A stretch of 64,000 bases of DNA from an uncultured Hormoscilla sp. (GCA_963921275.4 OZ001293.3:1-64000); one strand, 5' to 3'; shown: positions 24,293 through 35,661, numbered from the stretch's first letter. Notes: generated from the sequence alone by a model not told the origin. A program made the numbers and translations.

Positions 24293-26002
24293 ATGACTTA
24301 CAGAATGGATCGCCGCGCCTACGCCCAAACCTACGGCCCCACGGTGGGCGATCGCCTGCGTCTGGCGGACACCGAACTGTTCGTGGAAGTGGAACGTGAT
24401 TATACCACCTATGGGGATGAAGTAAAGTTTGGCGGCGGCAAGGTGATCCGCGATGGCATGGGACAATCTCCCATTGCTAATGCTGATGGTGCGGTTGACA
24501 TGGTTATCACTAATGCGTTAATCTTAGATTGGTGGGGCATCGTTAAAGCTGATGTGGGCATCAAAGATGGTAAGATTGTGAAGATTGGTAAAGCAGGCAA
24601 TCCCTATATTCAAGATAATGTCGATATTATCATTGGTCCGGGCACCGAAGCAGTGGCGGGAGAAGGGATGATTCTGACCGCAGGGGCCATAGATGCCCAT
24701 ATTCATTTTATCTGTCCCCAACAGATTGAAACCGCGATCGCCTCCGGGATTACCACGATGCTGGGGGGCGGGACTGGCCCCGCTACGGGCACCAATGCTA
24801 CTACTTGTACTCCCGGACCTTGGCATATTCACCGCATGTTGCAAGCAGCTGATGATTTTTCTGTTAATCTCGGTTTCTTAGGTAAGGGTAACAGTGCCCA
24901 ACCCCAAGGATTAGTAGAACAGGTGATGGCCGGGGCCATGGGATTGAAGTTACATGAAGATTGGGGCAGTACCCCAGAGGCGATCGATACTTGCCTCTCC
25001 GTTGCTGATGCCTATGACCTGCAAGTTGCTATTCATACTGATACTCTCAATGAAGCGGGATTTGTGGAAACTACTATCAATGCTTTCAAAAATCGTGCCA
25101 TCCATACCTACCACACGGAAGGCGCTGGCGGCGGACATGCCCCCGATATTATTAAGGTTTGCGGCCAAGCAAATGTACTACCTTCTTCCACAAATCCTAC
25201 CCGTCCTTATACCCTTAATACTCTGGAAGAACACCTAGATATGCTGATGGTTTGCCACCATTTAGACCCGGGTATCCCCGAAGATGTCGCCTTCGCTGAG
25301 TCCCGCATTCGCCGGGAAACGATCGCTGCTGAAGATATCTTACATGATCTGGGCGCTTTTAGCATGATTGCTTCTGACTCCCAGGCTATGGGACGAGTCG
25401 GAGAAGTGATTATCAGAACTTGGCAAACGGCCCATAAAATGAAAGTACAGCGTTCTCACCTCCCCCAAGACCCAGATCGCCATGACAATTTCCGCGCTAA
25501 GCGCTATATTGCTAAGTATACTATTAACCCCGCTATTACCCACGGGATTTCCCAATATGTCGGTTCGGTCGAGGTTGACAAATTAGCAGATCTGTGCTTG
25601 TGGAAACCCGCATTCTTTGGCGTTAAACCAGAAATAGTGATCAAAGGTGGCGCGATCGCCTATGCCCAAATGGGAGACAGCAATGCTAGCATTCCTACAC
25701 CCCAACCGGTGCATATGCGCCCCATGTTTGCTGGCTTTGGCGGGGCGATCGCTGCTACTTCGGTCACCTTTGTCTCCCAAGCAGCACTCGAAAAAGAAAT
25801 TCCGGCCCAAATCGGGTTACAAAAACCCGCAGTTGCCGTCGGCAACACCCGGAAATTACGCAAGCAAGACATGAAACTAAACGACGCTTTGCCTGCTATA
25901 GAAGTAGACCCGGAAACCTACCAAGTCAGGGCCGATGGAGAATTACTTACCTGCGAACCCGCAACCCTCCTGCCATTGGCCCAACGCTATTTTCTCTTTT
26001 GA
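24293..26002 (+). CDS. ureC: Urease subunit alpha
   Basis: [51 protein letters not shown]. Confidence 0.99.
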   Translation: MTYRMDRRAYAQTYGPTVGDRLRLADTELFVEVERDYTTYGDEVKFGGGKVIRDGMGQSPIANADGAVDMVITNALILDWWGIVKADVGIKDGKIVKIGKAGNPYIQDNVDIIIGPGTEAVAGEGMILTAGAIDAHIHFICPQQIETAIASGITTMLGGGTGPATGTNATTCTPGPWHIHRMLQAADDFSVNLGFLGKGNSAQPQGLVEQVMAGAMGLKLHEDWGSTPEAIDTCLSVADAYDLQVAIHTDTLNEAGFVETTINAFKNRAIHTYHTEGAGGGHAPDIIKVCGQANVLPSSTNPTRPYTLNTLEEHLDMLMVCHHLDPGIPEDVAFAESRIRRETIAAEDILHDLGAFSMIASDSQAMGRVGEVIIRTWQTAHKMKVQRSHLPQDPDRHDNFRAKRYIAKYTINPAITHGISQYVGSVEVDKLADLCLWKPAFFGVKPEIVIKGGAIAYAQMGDSNASIPTPQPVHMRPMFAGFGGAIAATSVTFVSQAALEKEIPAQIGLQKPAVAVGNTRKLRKQDMKLNDALPAIEVDPETYQVRADGELLTCEPATLLPLAQRYFLF

Positions 26003-26042
26003 CAGGTAAAGACTAAAGTCTTTACTACGAACGTGGGAATTT

Positions 26043-27884
26043 ATGGAAAGAAATTTAAATCTTATAGCTGGATTTCTGGAAACTGCCAGAAGGTCCTGGG
26101 ACAGATATCCCTCTATTGCCAGCTTTCTGCTTGTCAGTCTGCTTGCCTTCACTCTGACAACGGCACCAGCAGCTGTGGGGCAAATTCCCCGTTTGCTAGC
26201 ACAAACACCCAGCAGCACCCTCAACTCTACCGCCGATGTCATCCGCGTGGGAAATCTGATTTCCGCTCCCGTGATCCTAGATGGCTATAAACTATTCAGA
26301 GTGGCCGCAGTCGCCTCGATCGGGACCGAACAACAAGATGGTCAATTACCAATTCAGGCACGAGTGGAAATTATTCAGAATGAACTGAAGGGCATTATCT
26401 CTAACCAACTTGATGTAGGACCTATGGGACGAGGTTTCGACCCCGATACCCTGGAAGTTAACCTGGGCACTCTCAATAATTATACCGTAATTTTAGTCTC
26501 CGATGGCGATCGATTGGCAAGGCGAACAGTCATGACTGTCACTCCCCAAGATGCTCAACTATACGGACTGTCGGTGGAAACCTGGGCAGAAAACTTGACC
26601 GATATTATCCGCTTGGCCCTCATTCGAGCCCAAATCGAGCGATCGCCTCAATATTTGCTGGATCGGGGTTTAATCTCTGGGGGGATAATCCTCGCAGTGA
26701 TTCTCGTCACCAGAATACTAACTTTGTTGCAAAAACGGGCCTTAACTCAATGGGAAACTCTCCAGGAACTCGAACCCCAGGCAATACCAGAGTCGCCGCC
26801 ACCAACAACTGAGGCCGAATGGCCCATCCTCCAGCAGCACTCAGAGATCCTACAAGCCCATCAGGAAAGGTATGCTTGGGAAAGACGGCGAAATATCAAT
26901 ACTCTTCAGCGGTGGTTGCTGCAATGGAGTCGGGTGATAATTTGGGCTAGCGCTTTCACCGGGATCCTCCGACTATTTCCCTGGACTCGCTGGCTGCATT
27001 TTTTGCTGCTCAAACAGCCGATCTGGATTATGCTAATTTTTCTCGGTACTAACTTGGCGATTCGCGGCAGTTCTGTTGCGATCGACCGCTTCTTCAAGAC
27101 ATGGCAGGAAACCGGAACTCTCACCCGCACCGCTTCCCAACGACAGGCTTTGCGCTTTTCTACCTTTACCGTGGTACTCAAAGGGATTGCTACCTTTGTA
27201 TTTACTAGCACGGGCATTATTTTGATGCTCAATCAGCTACAGATTCCCGTTGGTCCGATACTAGCTGGTGCGGGAATTCTCGGCATTGCCATATCCTTTG
27301 CCTCCCAGAGTTTTGTCAAAGATGTTATCAATGGCTGCTTGATATTGTTGGAAGACCAGTATGCTGTGGGAGATGTGATTGATGTCGGCGGTGCATCTGG
27401 TTTAGTGGAGTATATGAACCTGCGGGTTACCCAATTGCGCGGGGCTGGCGGACGTCTCAGTACCATTCCCAATGGCAGTATTTCCATCGTTCATAATCTG
27501 ACTAAGGATTGGTCTCGGGCTGATTTCACGATCGATGTCTCCTATGACACGGATGTAGAACTGGCCCTGGCAGTGCTCAAACAGGTGGCCGAACAAATGC
27601 AAAGCGACTCGGAATGGCAAGAGACGATCCTAGACCCAGTAAACTTATTGGGCGTGAATAGAATCGATCACTCTGGCATCCAGATTGTGATTTGGATCAA
27701 AACTCAACCGATAAAGCAGTGGGCTGTGGAACGGGAGTTCCGCCGCCGCCTGAAACTAGCTTTTGCCGAACATGGAATCTCCATCGGCGTGCCCCAGCGA
27801 TCGCTCTTTTTACCCCATTACCCCGAATTACTCATGTTGGCGAAAAACAACAATTTAGATCGTCCCTTATCAAATAGCAATTAA
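26043..27884 (+). CDS. MscS-family mechanosensitive channel with N-terminal extension
   Basis: AGAGILGIAISFASQSFVKDVING..EDQYAVGDVI; IPNGSI..VHNLTKDWSR. Confidence 0.9.
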   Translation: MERNLNLIAGFLETARRSWDRYPSIASFLLVSLLAFTLTTAPAAVGQIPRLLAQTPSSTLNSTADVIRVGNLISAPVILDGYKLFRVAAVASIGTEQQDGQLPIQARVEIIQNELKGIISNQLDVGPMGRGFDPDTLEVNLGTLNNYTVILVSDGDRLARRTVMTVTPQDAQLYGLSVETWAENLTDIIRLALIRAQIERSPQYLLDRGLISGGIILAVILVTRILTLLQKRALTQWETLQELEPQAIPESPPPTTEAEWPILQQHSEILQAHQERYAWERRRNINTLQRWLLQWSRVIIWASAFTGILRLFPWTRWLHFLLLKQPIWIMLIFLGTNLAIRGSSVAIDRFFKTWQETGTLTRTASQRQALRFSTFTVVLKGIATFVFTSTGIILMLNQLQIPVGPILAGAGILGIAISFASQSFVKDVINGCLILLEDQYAVGDVIDVGGASGLVEYMNLRVTQLRGAGGRLSTIPNGSISIVHNLTKDWSRADFTIDVSYDTDVELALAVLKQVAEQMQSDSEWQETILDPVNLLGVNRIDHSGIQIVIWIKTQPIKQWAVEREFRRRLKLAFAEHGISIGVPQRSLFLPHYPELLMLAKNNNLDRPLSNSN

Positions 27885-27900
27885 CAATGCTCAAATAACA

Positions 27901-28998
27901 ATGTTCTCTAAAATATATAAAAAAGACCATATTATGGTTGTAGATGACTCCCGCAATAATCGCCTTTTAATCGAGTCTATTTTGGCAGGCGAGGGATACA
28001 AAATTACTGTCGCCGACAGCGGTGCGTTGGCCATTGCAGAAATTACTAAGTCTCCTCCCGATCTGGTCTTGCTGGATATCATGATGCCAGAAATGGATGG
28101 CTATGAGGTGACAAGAAGTCTGCGCGAAAATAATGACCTGCCATTTATGCCCATTCTACTGATCACTGCTTTCGATCGCCCTAGCTTGCCCCAGGGATTG
28201 GATATCGGTGCTGATGATTTTATCCGCAAACCTTTCGACTGGGATGAATTATTGGCGAGGGTGCGATCGCTTTTACGACTTAAGCACAGTTTGGACGAAC
28301 GGAACCATATTGCCCGCCAGCGCGAAGATTTTGTTTTTCGTCTGGCCCACGACATGCGCACTCCTTTGGTGGCAGCCGATCTGATGCTACATTTGTTGCA
28401 CCAGGGCGCTTTTGGTGCAGTACCGCCAGGAATAGATGAAGCCTTGGACAGGATAATTTCCAGCAACAAAAACCTCCTGAAAATGGTCAATGAACTGCTG
28501 GATGTCTATCGCTATGAGGCGGGTCGCAAAAACCTGGCCTTTTTCCCCATTAACTTACCAGATATGCTCTCTGAAATTTGCGCCGAACTTGAGCCCTTAG
28601 CAATGGAAAAACAACTGGATCTCAAGCTTAACCTGCCAGATAAGAGAGACGGCGAGGTAAAAGTGCTGGGCGACGTCCTGGAACTGCGCCGCGCGTTCAC
28701 CAACTTGATCGGCAATGGGATCAAATTCACAGATACTGGTTTTGTGGAAATTCGCTTCCATACTACTGCGACTCCCTACCTGACAGTTGAAATTCAAGAC
28801 ACGGGACCTGGCATTTCCACCCAAGATCGAGCTATATTATTTGAAAGGTTTCGTACTGGAAATCATACTCGTGCAGGCAGTGGCTTGGGCCTCTACCTGT
28901 CTCGCCAGATCCTAGAAGCCCACAAAGGCACCTTGGAACTCCAGTCTCAGCTAGGCGCTGGCAGTCTCTTCACTGTTCGCCTTCCTGTCTATTCATAA
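27901..28998 (+). CDS. Hybrid response regulator / histidine kinase
   Basis: Receiver domain (VVDD, LLDIMMP, KPF); HisKA LAHDMRTPL; HATPase NGIKFT, DTGPGI, GSGLGL. Confidence 0.92.
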   Translation: MFSKIYKKDHIMVVDDSRNNRLLIESILAGEGYKITVADSGALAIAEITKSPPDLVLLDIMMPEMDGYEVTRSLRENNDLPFMPILLITAFDRPSLPQGLDIGADDFIRKPFDWDELLARVRSLLRLKHSLDERNHIARQREDFVFRLAHDMRTPLVAADLMLHLLHQGAFGAVPPGIDEALDRIISSNKNLLKMVNELLDVYRYEAGRKNLAFFPINLPDMLSEICAELEPLAMEKQLDLKLNLPDKRDGEVKVLGDVLELRRAFTNLIGNGIKFTDTGFVEIRFHTTATPYLTVEIQDTGPGISTQDRAILFERFRTGNHTRAGSGLGLYLSRQILEAHKGTLELQSQLGAGSLFTVRLPVYS

Positions 28999-29072
28999 TT
29001 GTCAGTTGTCAGCTGTCAATGCAATAATTTTGAATGAGAGAATATTGAATGAGAGAATTACTTAGGGGAAAT

Positions 29073-30461
29073 ATGGTAACTCAACTGCCAGTTAACAAGA
29101 ACGGTGACATTATCGGTAAACAGCGGCAATTTTTCGCTAGCGGCAAAACTAAAGATGTCAGGTTTCGCATCGCACAACTCCAGAAGCTAAAACAGGCGAT
29201 CGCCTCTAATCAATCGGCAATTTTTGCCGCATTGCAGGTAAATTTATGCAAACCGGAACAGGAAAGCTATGCATATGAGATTAGGGTGCCAGTAACCAGA
29301 GAAATAGATGATGCGATCGAGCAAATTAAGTCTTGGACGAAACCTCGGAAAGTATCTACCCCGATCGAACAATTTCCCGCCACTGCCAAAATTTATCCCG
29401 AACCCCTGGGTGTAGTATTAATTATCGCCTGGAATTACCCCTTTTCTCTGATTCTGTCGCCCCTAGTAGGGGCGATCGCCGCTGGGAACTGCGCCATTCT
29501 CAAACCTTCAGAAATCTCGGCTCACAGTTCTGGGATTATCGCATCTATAATAGAGAAAACCTTCGACCCAGAATATATTGCCGTTGTGGAAGGGGGTGTC
29601 CAAACCAGTCAGCAACTACTAGCCGAAAAATTCGACCACATCTTTTTTACAGGCGGAACGGCGGTGTGCAAAATTGTCATGGCAGCAGCAGCAAAACAGC
29701 TGACGCCAGTCACCCTAGAACTGGGTGGCAAAAGTCCCTGCATCGTTGATACCGCTATCAACCTGGAATGCGCGGCCAAACGAATTGTCTGGGGGAAATT
29801 TCTCAATGCAGGTCAAAGCTGCATCGTCCCTGATTACCTGTTGGTAGACAAAAAAATTAAACCCCAGTTATTAGACCGCATTAAAAGCTGCCTTGTGGAA
29901 TTTTATGGAGAAGATCCAGCCAAAAGTCCTGATTATGCTAGAATTATTAATAGCAAACAGTTCAACCGTCTAGTCCAATTACTGCAGGATGGCGAAATAA
30001 TCCTGGGCGGCCAAACAGACCCCGAAGACCTCTACATCGCCCCCACGGTGATGGATAAGGTAGACTGGGATGCACCAGTAATGCAAGAAGAAATCTTTGG
30101 ACCGATTTTGCCCGTGCTGGAATGTACTAGCATAGAAGAGGCGATCAGCCAAATAAATGCTAGACCAAAACCCCTGGCCCTCTATCTGTTCTCCCGGAAT
30201 AAAACCTATCAACAAATGGTTTTGCAGCAGACTTCATCGGGCGGTGTTTGTCTGAACGACACGATGATGCAATATGGCGTCTCGGAACTGCCATTTGGCG
30301 GCGTCGGGAATAGCGGGTTTGGTAGTTATCACGGTAAGGCCAGTTTTAATACTTTTTCCCATTACAAGACAGTCTTGACTAGGTCTTTCCTGCTAGACTT
30401 GGATGTGAGATATCCTCCCTACCAAGGTAAACTGAAATTGCTAAAATGGCTAATTGGTTGA
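29073..30461 (+). CDS. Aldehyde dehydrogenase (family 3-like)
   Basis: WNYP, FFTGG, LELGGKSP, GQSC, EEIFGP. Confidence 0.93.
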   Translation: MVTQLPVNKNGDIIGKQRQFFASGKTKDVRFRIAQLQKLKQAIASNQSAIFAALQVNLCKPEQESYAYEIRVPVTREIDDAIEQIKSWTKPRKVSTPIEQFPATAKIYPEPLGVVLIIAWNYPFSLILSPLVGAIAAGNCAILKPSEISAHSSGIIASIIEKTFDPEYIAVVEGGVQTSQQLLAEKFDHIFFTGGTAVCKIVMAAAAKQLTPVTLELGGKSPCIVDTAINLECAAKRIVWGKFLNAGQSCIVPDYLLVDKKIKPQLLDRIKSCLVEFYGEDPAKSPDYARIINSKQFNRLVQLLQDGEIILGGQTDPEDLYIAPTVMDKVDWDAPVMQEEIFGPILPVLECTSIEEAISQINARPKPLALYLFSRNKTYQQMVLQQTSSGGVCLNDTMMQYGVSELPFGGVGNSGFGSYHGKASFNTFSHYKTVLTRSFLLDLDVRYPPYQGKLKLLKWLIG

Positions 30462-30540
30462 GGTTGAAATCGGTGTCATTGCTCGGGGGGCTGCCAAAGT
30501 AGTAACTGTGGTATGCTTCAACTTTTGACCCCCCGTAGCG

Positions 30541-31160
30541 CTACCTCAGCAATCCCATTAACTTTACCCCAGATGGGGGTTGATTTTCCAGAAATGTAAT
30601 AGCCGCTTTTAATGTTTTTTGCATCGCCGATCGGTACATCCCCAAGGCTTGCAAAGCTTGCGCTTGGTTAATCTGAGTGCCGATAACTCCCTGCATGTCC
30701 CCCGCTTGGCGATAATAGCCAGCTGTTTCTTGCCATGTTTCTACCGCCTTTGCCGATTTTCCCAGTCCTAATTCTAGATTGCCTTTAGCATTGAGGACGG
30801 CGGCGATAATCTGCGGAGATTTTTTTCCCTGTAATAATGATAGACTATTTGCGATCGCCGATTCCGCTTGCTGCCACTGTCCCAATTTTTGATAAGCTAA
30901 GGAGAGATAGCTGAGGGTTAATGCTTGATTCAACCCGTCTCCTTTCCCTTCTAGGCTACTGGCCGCCCGTTCCCAAACCCGTGCAGCTTTCGAAAACCTT
31001 TGTCAAATGATTGCTTGCCTTGCTTTAACAGGGCTATATCTGTAGATTGGACAGTAGCAAGTGATAAAGGTAACCTTTCTGGCCTCGGGGCCTGCTGGGC
31101 TTGAGCCGGAAAAGCATTGCTTATCAGTACAAGACATATAATCTTTAACCACAATAACAT
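30541..31160 (-). pseudogene. TPR-repeat protein N-terminus (CHAT-protein-like), frameshifted and truncated
   Basis: Signal-like N-terminus, then TPR-like helices (LSYLSLAYQKLGQWQQA; INQAQALQALG) in different frames. Confidence 0.6.
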
Positions 31161-31731
31161 TGCTCAAGTCCCCCATCCTAATTTTTCCCTCGTTCCCAGG
31201 GTCTCCCTGGGAACGAACCCTCTGAGGCTCTGCCTCTTCCGCCATCCTAATTTTATATTATTTTGTTTTTCGCGTAGCGTGGGAGGGGCAGACTAGCGAG
31301 TAACTTAGGCGAAATAGAGTTACCCCCCCTCCCGTAGCGCTACGCGCACTTCGTAAAAGCGCAGCGGCCCGACACGCTACGCTGGAGGGCTAGCAATCTC
31401 CGACAGCAGATCACACAAAGGATGAGAACTGCTATAATCCTTGTGCTGGGTCTATTTGGGCTTGAATTTCTACTGTACCATCAATGTTATTTTCCGATGT
31501 GGCCGTTATCTCACTTTCCTTGTCGAGAAACACTCCCGATGCCGTAATGGAGATATTACCACCCCGGCCATCAATTCGTGCGGAAACCCAACCTACAGAT
31601 ACTGTGGGTCGATAATCTCCATGTTATCTCCGATTATTGTGATATTTATCACAATAATATATGATAAATATCACAATATTGCTGCTGCTGGGCAACTGTG
31701 GTCTTGCATGGTAAATCAAAGGTCTTTTTCT

Positions 31732-32035
31732 GGGGAAACTAATTTACAGTCAGATAGCTGTACGACTGCATTTTACCGAAGCACCAGATAGTATCGTTTC
31801 TGCACGGGCCAGCATTGCTAACCTACGGGCCAGCATTACTAACGCACGGACCAGCTTTGCCTCTGCACGGACTAGCATTACTAACGCACGGACTAGCTTT
31901 GCTAACCTACGGGCCAACTTTGCCTCTGCACGGGCCAACCTTGCTAACGCACGGGCCAACCTTGCTAACGCACGACTGCTTCGGGGAAACTAATTTACAA
32001 TCGGATAGCTGTACGGCTGCACCTTACCGAAGCAC
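31732..32035. repeat. Mosaic 21-bp tandem array (8 units, 31802-31969) flanked by 53-bp direct repeats (31732-31784, 31983-32035)
   Basis: Units such as GCACGGG-CCAGCAT-TGCTAAC and CTACGGG-CCAACTT-TGCCTCT; flanks GGGGAAACTAATTTACA.TC.GATAGCTGTACG.CTGCA..TTACCGAAGCAC. Confidence 0.95.
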
Positions 32036-32383
32036 GAACGAGGGCGATGGAAGCACGACTGCATATTTTAGTCGTCACCACACTGTTTAACAAAGCCAAG
32101 AGGAACCTTGCTTGCGCAACCACGAACTTTGCCGCAGCAAAATTGCTTTTGGAGAAAGCAAAAATCAGACGTTAAGTTCCCCGATGGGTTCGGGGAACTA
32201 AAAAAAGATGTCGGATGTCTGCAAAATTAAACCTGTGGGGCTCTCTGGGCATCAGCTCTTCCCCCCATCTGGCGGGCGATACAGCCTTGTCGCCCCAGAA
32301 CCAGGACCTTTAAATTTTCCGCCCCGATGGGACGCGACCCCCACAGAAGTGAAATGGCAGTTACATGGAAATGGAGCAAGACT

Positions 32384-33049
32384 ATGACAGATTACATTCC
32401 CAGAAATGATGCTGAGTTTAGCAATTGGCTTGCCAACTTTATCAGCTACATAGCTGCTCATCTGGACCAATTAAAATTGACCCCAGATGACTTAGCTGCA
32501 TTACAGAGCAAGCAAACTGGCTGGACTACCGCCTATGCTGACCACCAAGCTGCCCAAACTGCGGCGGAAAGTGCTTGTCGCCATAAAGATGATTGTCGCA
32601 AAGAAGCTGAGTCCCTACTCCGCCGCATCACTCAACAGCTACAATCTAATCCTATCCTCACCGATAGCCAACGATCGGCCTTGGGCATTACCATCCGACA
32701 GGGACAAAGGACTAGAGTTGCCGTACCCACCACTCGACCCGTGGGGCGCGTTCAAAAGAGCGATCGCTTCCGCCACGTAATTCATTTCGTGGACGAAGAA
32801 ACCCTCAACCGTCGGGCCAAACCGGAGGGAGTATTCGGTTGTGAAATTTGGGTCAAATTGGGAGACGCCCCGCCCATTGACCCGGACAAGGAGTTAAAGT
32901 TCTTAGGAACTAATACATCCGCACCCTTCGAGGTCAGCTATCGGGGAGAGGATGCAGGCAAAACCGCTCATTACATGTTGCGCTGGGTGAATAAGCGGGG
33001 CAAAACCGGTCCTTGGAGTGCCACTGTCAGTGCCATTATTCAAGGATAA
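32384..33049 (+). CDS. Uncharacterised MxDYIPxND-family protein (helical N-terminus, predicted FN3/Ig-like C-terminus)
   Basis: Intact 221-aa ORF; GGAG upstream of the ATG; C-terminal YMLRWVNKRGKTGPWS resembles FN3 terminal strands; two decayed paralogs in the window. Confidence 0.8.
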   Translation: MTDYIPRNDAEFSNWLANFISYIAAHLDQLKLTPDDLAALQSKQTGWTTAYADHQAAQTAAESACRHKDDCRKEAESLLRRITQQLQSNPILTDSQRSALGITIRQGQRTRVAVPTTRPVGRVQKSDRFRHVIHFVDEETLNRRAKPEGVFGCEIWVKLGDAPPIDPDKELKFLGTNTSAPFEVSYRGEDAGKTAHYMLRWVNKRGKTGPWSATVSAIIQG

Positions 33050-33294
33050 TTGCCTCAAGTAAAGGTTTATAGGGTTTCTAGGCTTTACAAGCAAAAGCAG
33101 CGGCGATCACATCATCAGAGTGCGATCGCCGTTGATGGAGATGAGTTAGGAGTAGAGTTGAGAGGGTTGACTTAGGAGAATAAGGGGAGGGAGCTTTTGA
33201 AAGAATATCCCATTACAAGTTTTACCACTTGTAGTCTATTCAGTGGGGCTTTCCTTTCGCTTTTTTCCCTTGCTCCTTACTTGTTTTTTCCCCT

Positions 33295-33588
33295 CTACTG
33301 CTCATCTGTATAATTCACGGAAGCTCCCTCCCGCCCCGCTAGCGTGCCCGTGCATGTGACATTCTGTCCATTCAGGAAATACTCATACACATTATCGTCA
33401 TTCAATGGAATGACAGTGTTATATGTTTGTGAGCCATTCACTTCTGTACAATTTACTGTCACTACAACATTTGTTCCACTTACTTTCTGGAAGTGGAAAT
33501 GATTATATGCCTGAGCGTCAAAGAGTGTCGGACCCGACTGCTGGCATTTTATCATTCCAGACTCTCCCGCCGCATACGCAGTATTCAT
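33295..33588 (-). CDS. Hypothetical beta-rich protein
   Basis: ORF with ATG at 33588 downstream of AAGGA and of an ECF-type promoter motif. Confidence 0.55.
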   Translation of the reverse strand: MNTAYAAGESGMIKCQQSGPTLFDAQAYNHFHFQKVSGTNVVVTVNCTEVNGSQTYNTVIPLNDDNVYEYFLNGQNVTCTGTLAGREGASVNYTDEQ

Positions 33589-33652
33589 GCCGACAAAAAA
33601 TGTCGATTTCCTTGTTTCTTTTTTACATGGCTTTTGGTTCACCACTGTTTAT

Positions 33653-33681
33653 TTGACGCTCTTCCTTCACTTTTTCTGACT
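33653..33681 (-). promoter_or_regulatory. Putative ECF sigma promoter AGTCAGA-N16-CGTCAA
   Basis: Same motif and exact spacing as at 48580 and 52754. Confidence 0.6.
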
Positions 33682-33786
33682 TCTTTATTTTGGTAATTTT
33701 GTTTCGCTTACCGTCACCGTAGAGACCTTTCGCAGTATAACCGCTGACTACTATCCTCTGACTACTATCCTCTGACAAAATTTACT

Positions 33787-34758
33787 ATGTCATACGATCG
33801 CGAAAAACAAGTTGCCATCTCCGCAGCAATAGTAGCTGCAAAACTCTGCCAGCAAGTGCGCCGGGATATTCCCGATTTTTTCGGAACGGTAGCGATGGAA
33901 AAGAAGGACAAAAGTCCTGTCACTGTAGCTGATTATGGCTCCCAAGCAGTAATCTGTAAAGCCCTAGGAGAGGCGTTTCCCCATGACCCAGTCGTGGGTG
34001 AAGAAGATGCTACGGAACTGCGGCAACCGGAAATGGTATACACCTCGTACTCGGTCGCAAACTACGTGCAGGAATTGATACCCGATGCTACCCCAGAAAA
34101 AATCTCAGCCTGGATCGATCGCGGCAATGGCACGGTTTCCCCCCGCTATTGGACCTTGGACCCGATCGATGGTACAAAAGGTTTTCTGCGTCAAGACCAA
34201 TATGCAGTCGCGATCGCCCTCGTAGAAGATGGCCAGGTGAAGGTGGGAGTCATGGCCTGTCCGGCCCTGCCCGGGTCGGGCCCAGAACCCGGGATGCTAT
34301 TCGCAGCAGTGCGCGGCCAGGGGGCGACGATGATGCCCCTTGCTGGCGGCCAAGAACAAAAAATTCGCGTTGTCCAGGCGGACGATCTGGCAAATTTACG
34401 CTTTGTCGAAAGTGTAGAATCAGCCCATGGAGACCAGTCCCGACAAAATCGGGTCGCCCAGACCGCAGGCATTACCCAGCCTTCTGTGCGGGTTGACTCC
34501 CAGGCTAAGTATGGTATAGTTGCGTCCGGACAAGCTGCCCTCTATCTGCGCCTGCCCTCCCCCAAGCATCCCGACTACCGGGAGAATATTTGGGACCATG
34601 CCGCTGGCGCGATCGTGGTCGAAGAAGCGGGTGGCCGCGTCACAGATATGCTTGGGTTACCCCTAAATTTTGCTGATGGAGTCAAGATGATGCATAACCG
34701 GGGCGTGGTGGTCAGCAATGGCACGATTCACGATCGGGTGTTGGCAGCCTTGCAATAG
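33787..34758 (+). CDS. 3'(2'),5'-bisphosphate nucleotidase (HAL2/CysQ-like)
   Basis: KSPVTVADY, WTLDPIDGTKGF, DSQAKY, ENIWDHAAG. Confidence 0.92.
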   Translation: MSYDREKQVAISAAIVAAKLCQQVRRDIPDFFGTVAMEKKDKSPVTVADYGSQAVICKALGEAFPHDPVVGEEDATELRQPEMVYTSYSVANYVQELIPDATPEKISAWIDRGNGTVSPRYWTLDPIDGTKGFLRQDQYAVAIALVEDGQVKVGVMACPALPGSGPEPGMLFAAVRGQGATMMPLAGGQEQKIRVVQADDLANLRFVESVESAHGDQSRQNRVAQTAGITQPSVRVDSQAKYGIVASGQAALYLRLPSPKHPDYRENIWDHAAGAIVVEEAGGRVTDMLGLPLNFADGVKMMHNRGVVVSNGTIHDRVLAALQ

Positions 34759-35661
34759 TAGCAGATATCCACAAGTCAACCGGTGACCGCATGTTGTCCT
34801 GAGTCTTGCCATGCCTGTTATCTTTGCATGCCCACCTCCGATGTGCTCTGCAGCGGGCGATCGCCCCCCCGGACCATCTCGGACAGAAACTCCCGTAAGC
34901 CCAGCAGAGATCGTCCCTGCCCACGAGGTGGTCACGCTGCCCGATGGCCAGGTACAGTTAGTAGCTTATCTTACTCCAGGTACAACCCCAAGAGATGATT
35001 TTCGGAAAATAACCCGCTGCTATACCAGGAATTAAATTATTTGTCAACCGTAGTGATGGAGGTAGCAAAAAAACTTGTGCTTCGACTAGGGTGTTTGAGA
35101 AAGATTTGAGTCCCGAAAAGACATAAGCGTCCGCGAAAAATCTATCCTTTCAGGCGATGGCAGGGTTTCAAGCATAAATACACAGATTTATGGCAATGAT
35201 ATCACTGTATCCAGTCTATACCAAATCGCTGAAATAACGCAAGTAGGCGTGAGAAAAAGAAAGATTAGCAATAAGATCGGAGAAGAAAAGAGGAAAAGAT
35301 TAGAATATTAAAAGGAGAAGGCAATTGGGTAAAAGTTGTACTTATATGTAAGAGAGGAGATAGGTGAGTAATGGCGCGAAAGGGAAAGGGGGAGAGATGT
35401 TGACAAAAAAGAGATATGCTGTCGCCCATTTAAATTGCATAAAGAGAAAAGCTGAAAGCCAAGTCCAAAATGGGTTTAGCAATTTTGAATAAGAAAGAAA
35501 TAATTTTGAATTGCTTATGATGTGAGAGTAGAAAAAAGATGCTCTGCCATTGCGATCGATATCTAGAACCAGAGGTGCTTCACCATTATTAGCAAGCTTT
35601 AGATCCAAAGGTGCGATCGCCACCGTTCGTAGTAAACACTTTAGTGTTTGCCCGGAATAGA

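Noticed and set aside
24409..25874. Many short alternate-frame and antisense ORFs within ureC (likewise in argH, the PP2C gene and the transporters)
   Set aside because: Shadow ORFs of well-supported genes.
31750..32090. Heptad-repeat ORFs on both strands of array 2 (and 23266-23478 in array 1) as real coiled-coil proteins
   Set aside because: Any 21-bp repeat yields heptads in every open frame. The two arrays give unrelated peptides and lack clear RBSs; not fully excluded.
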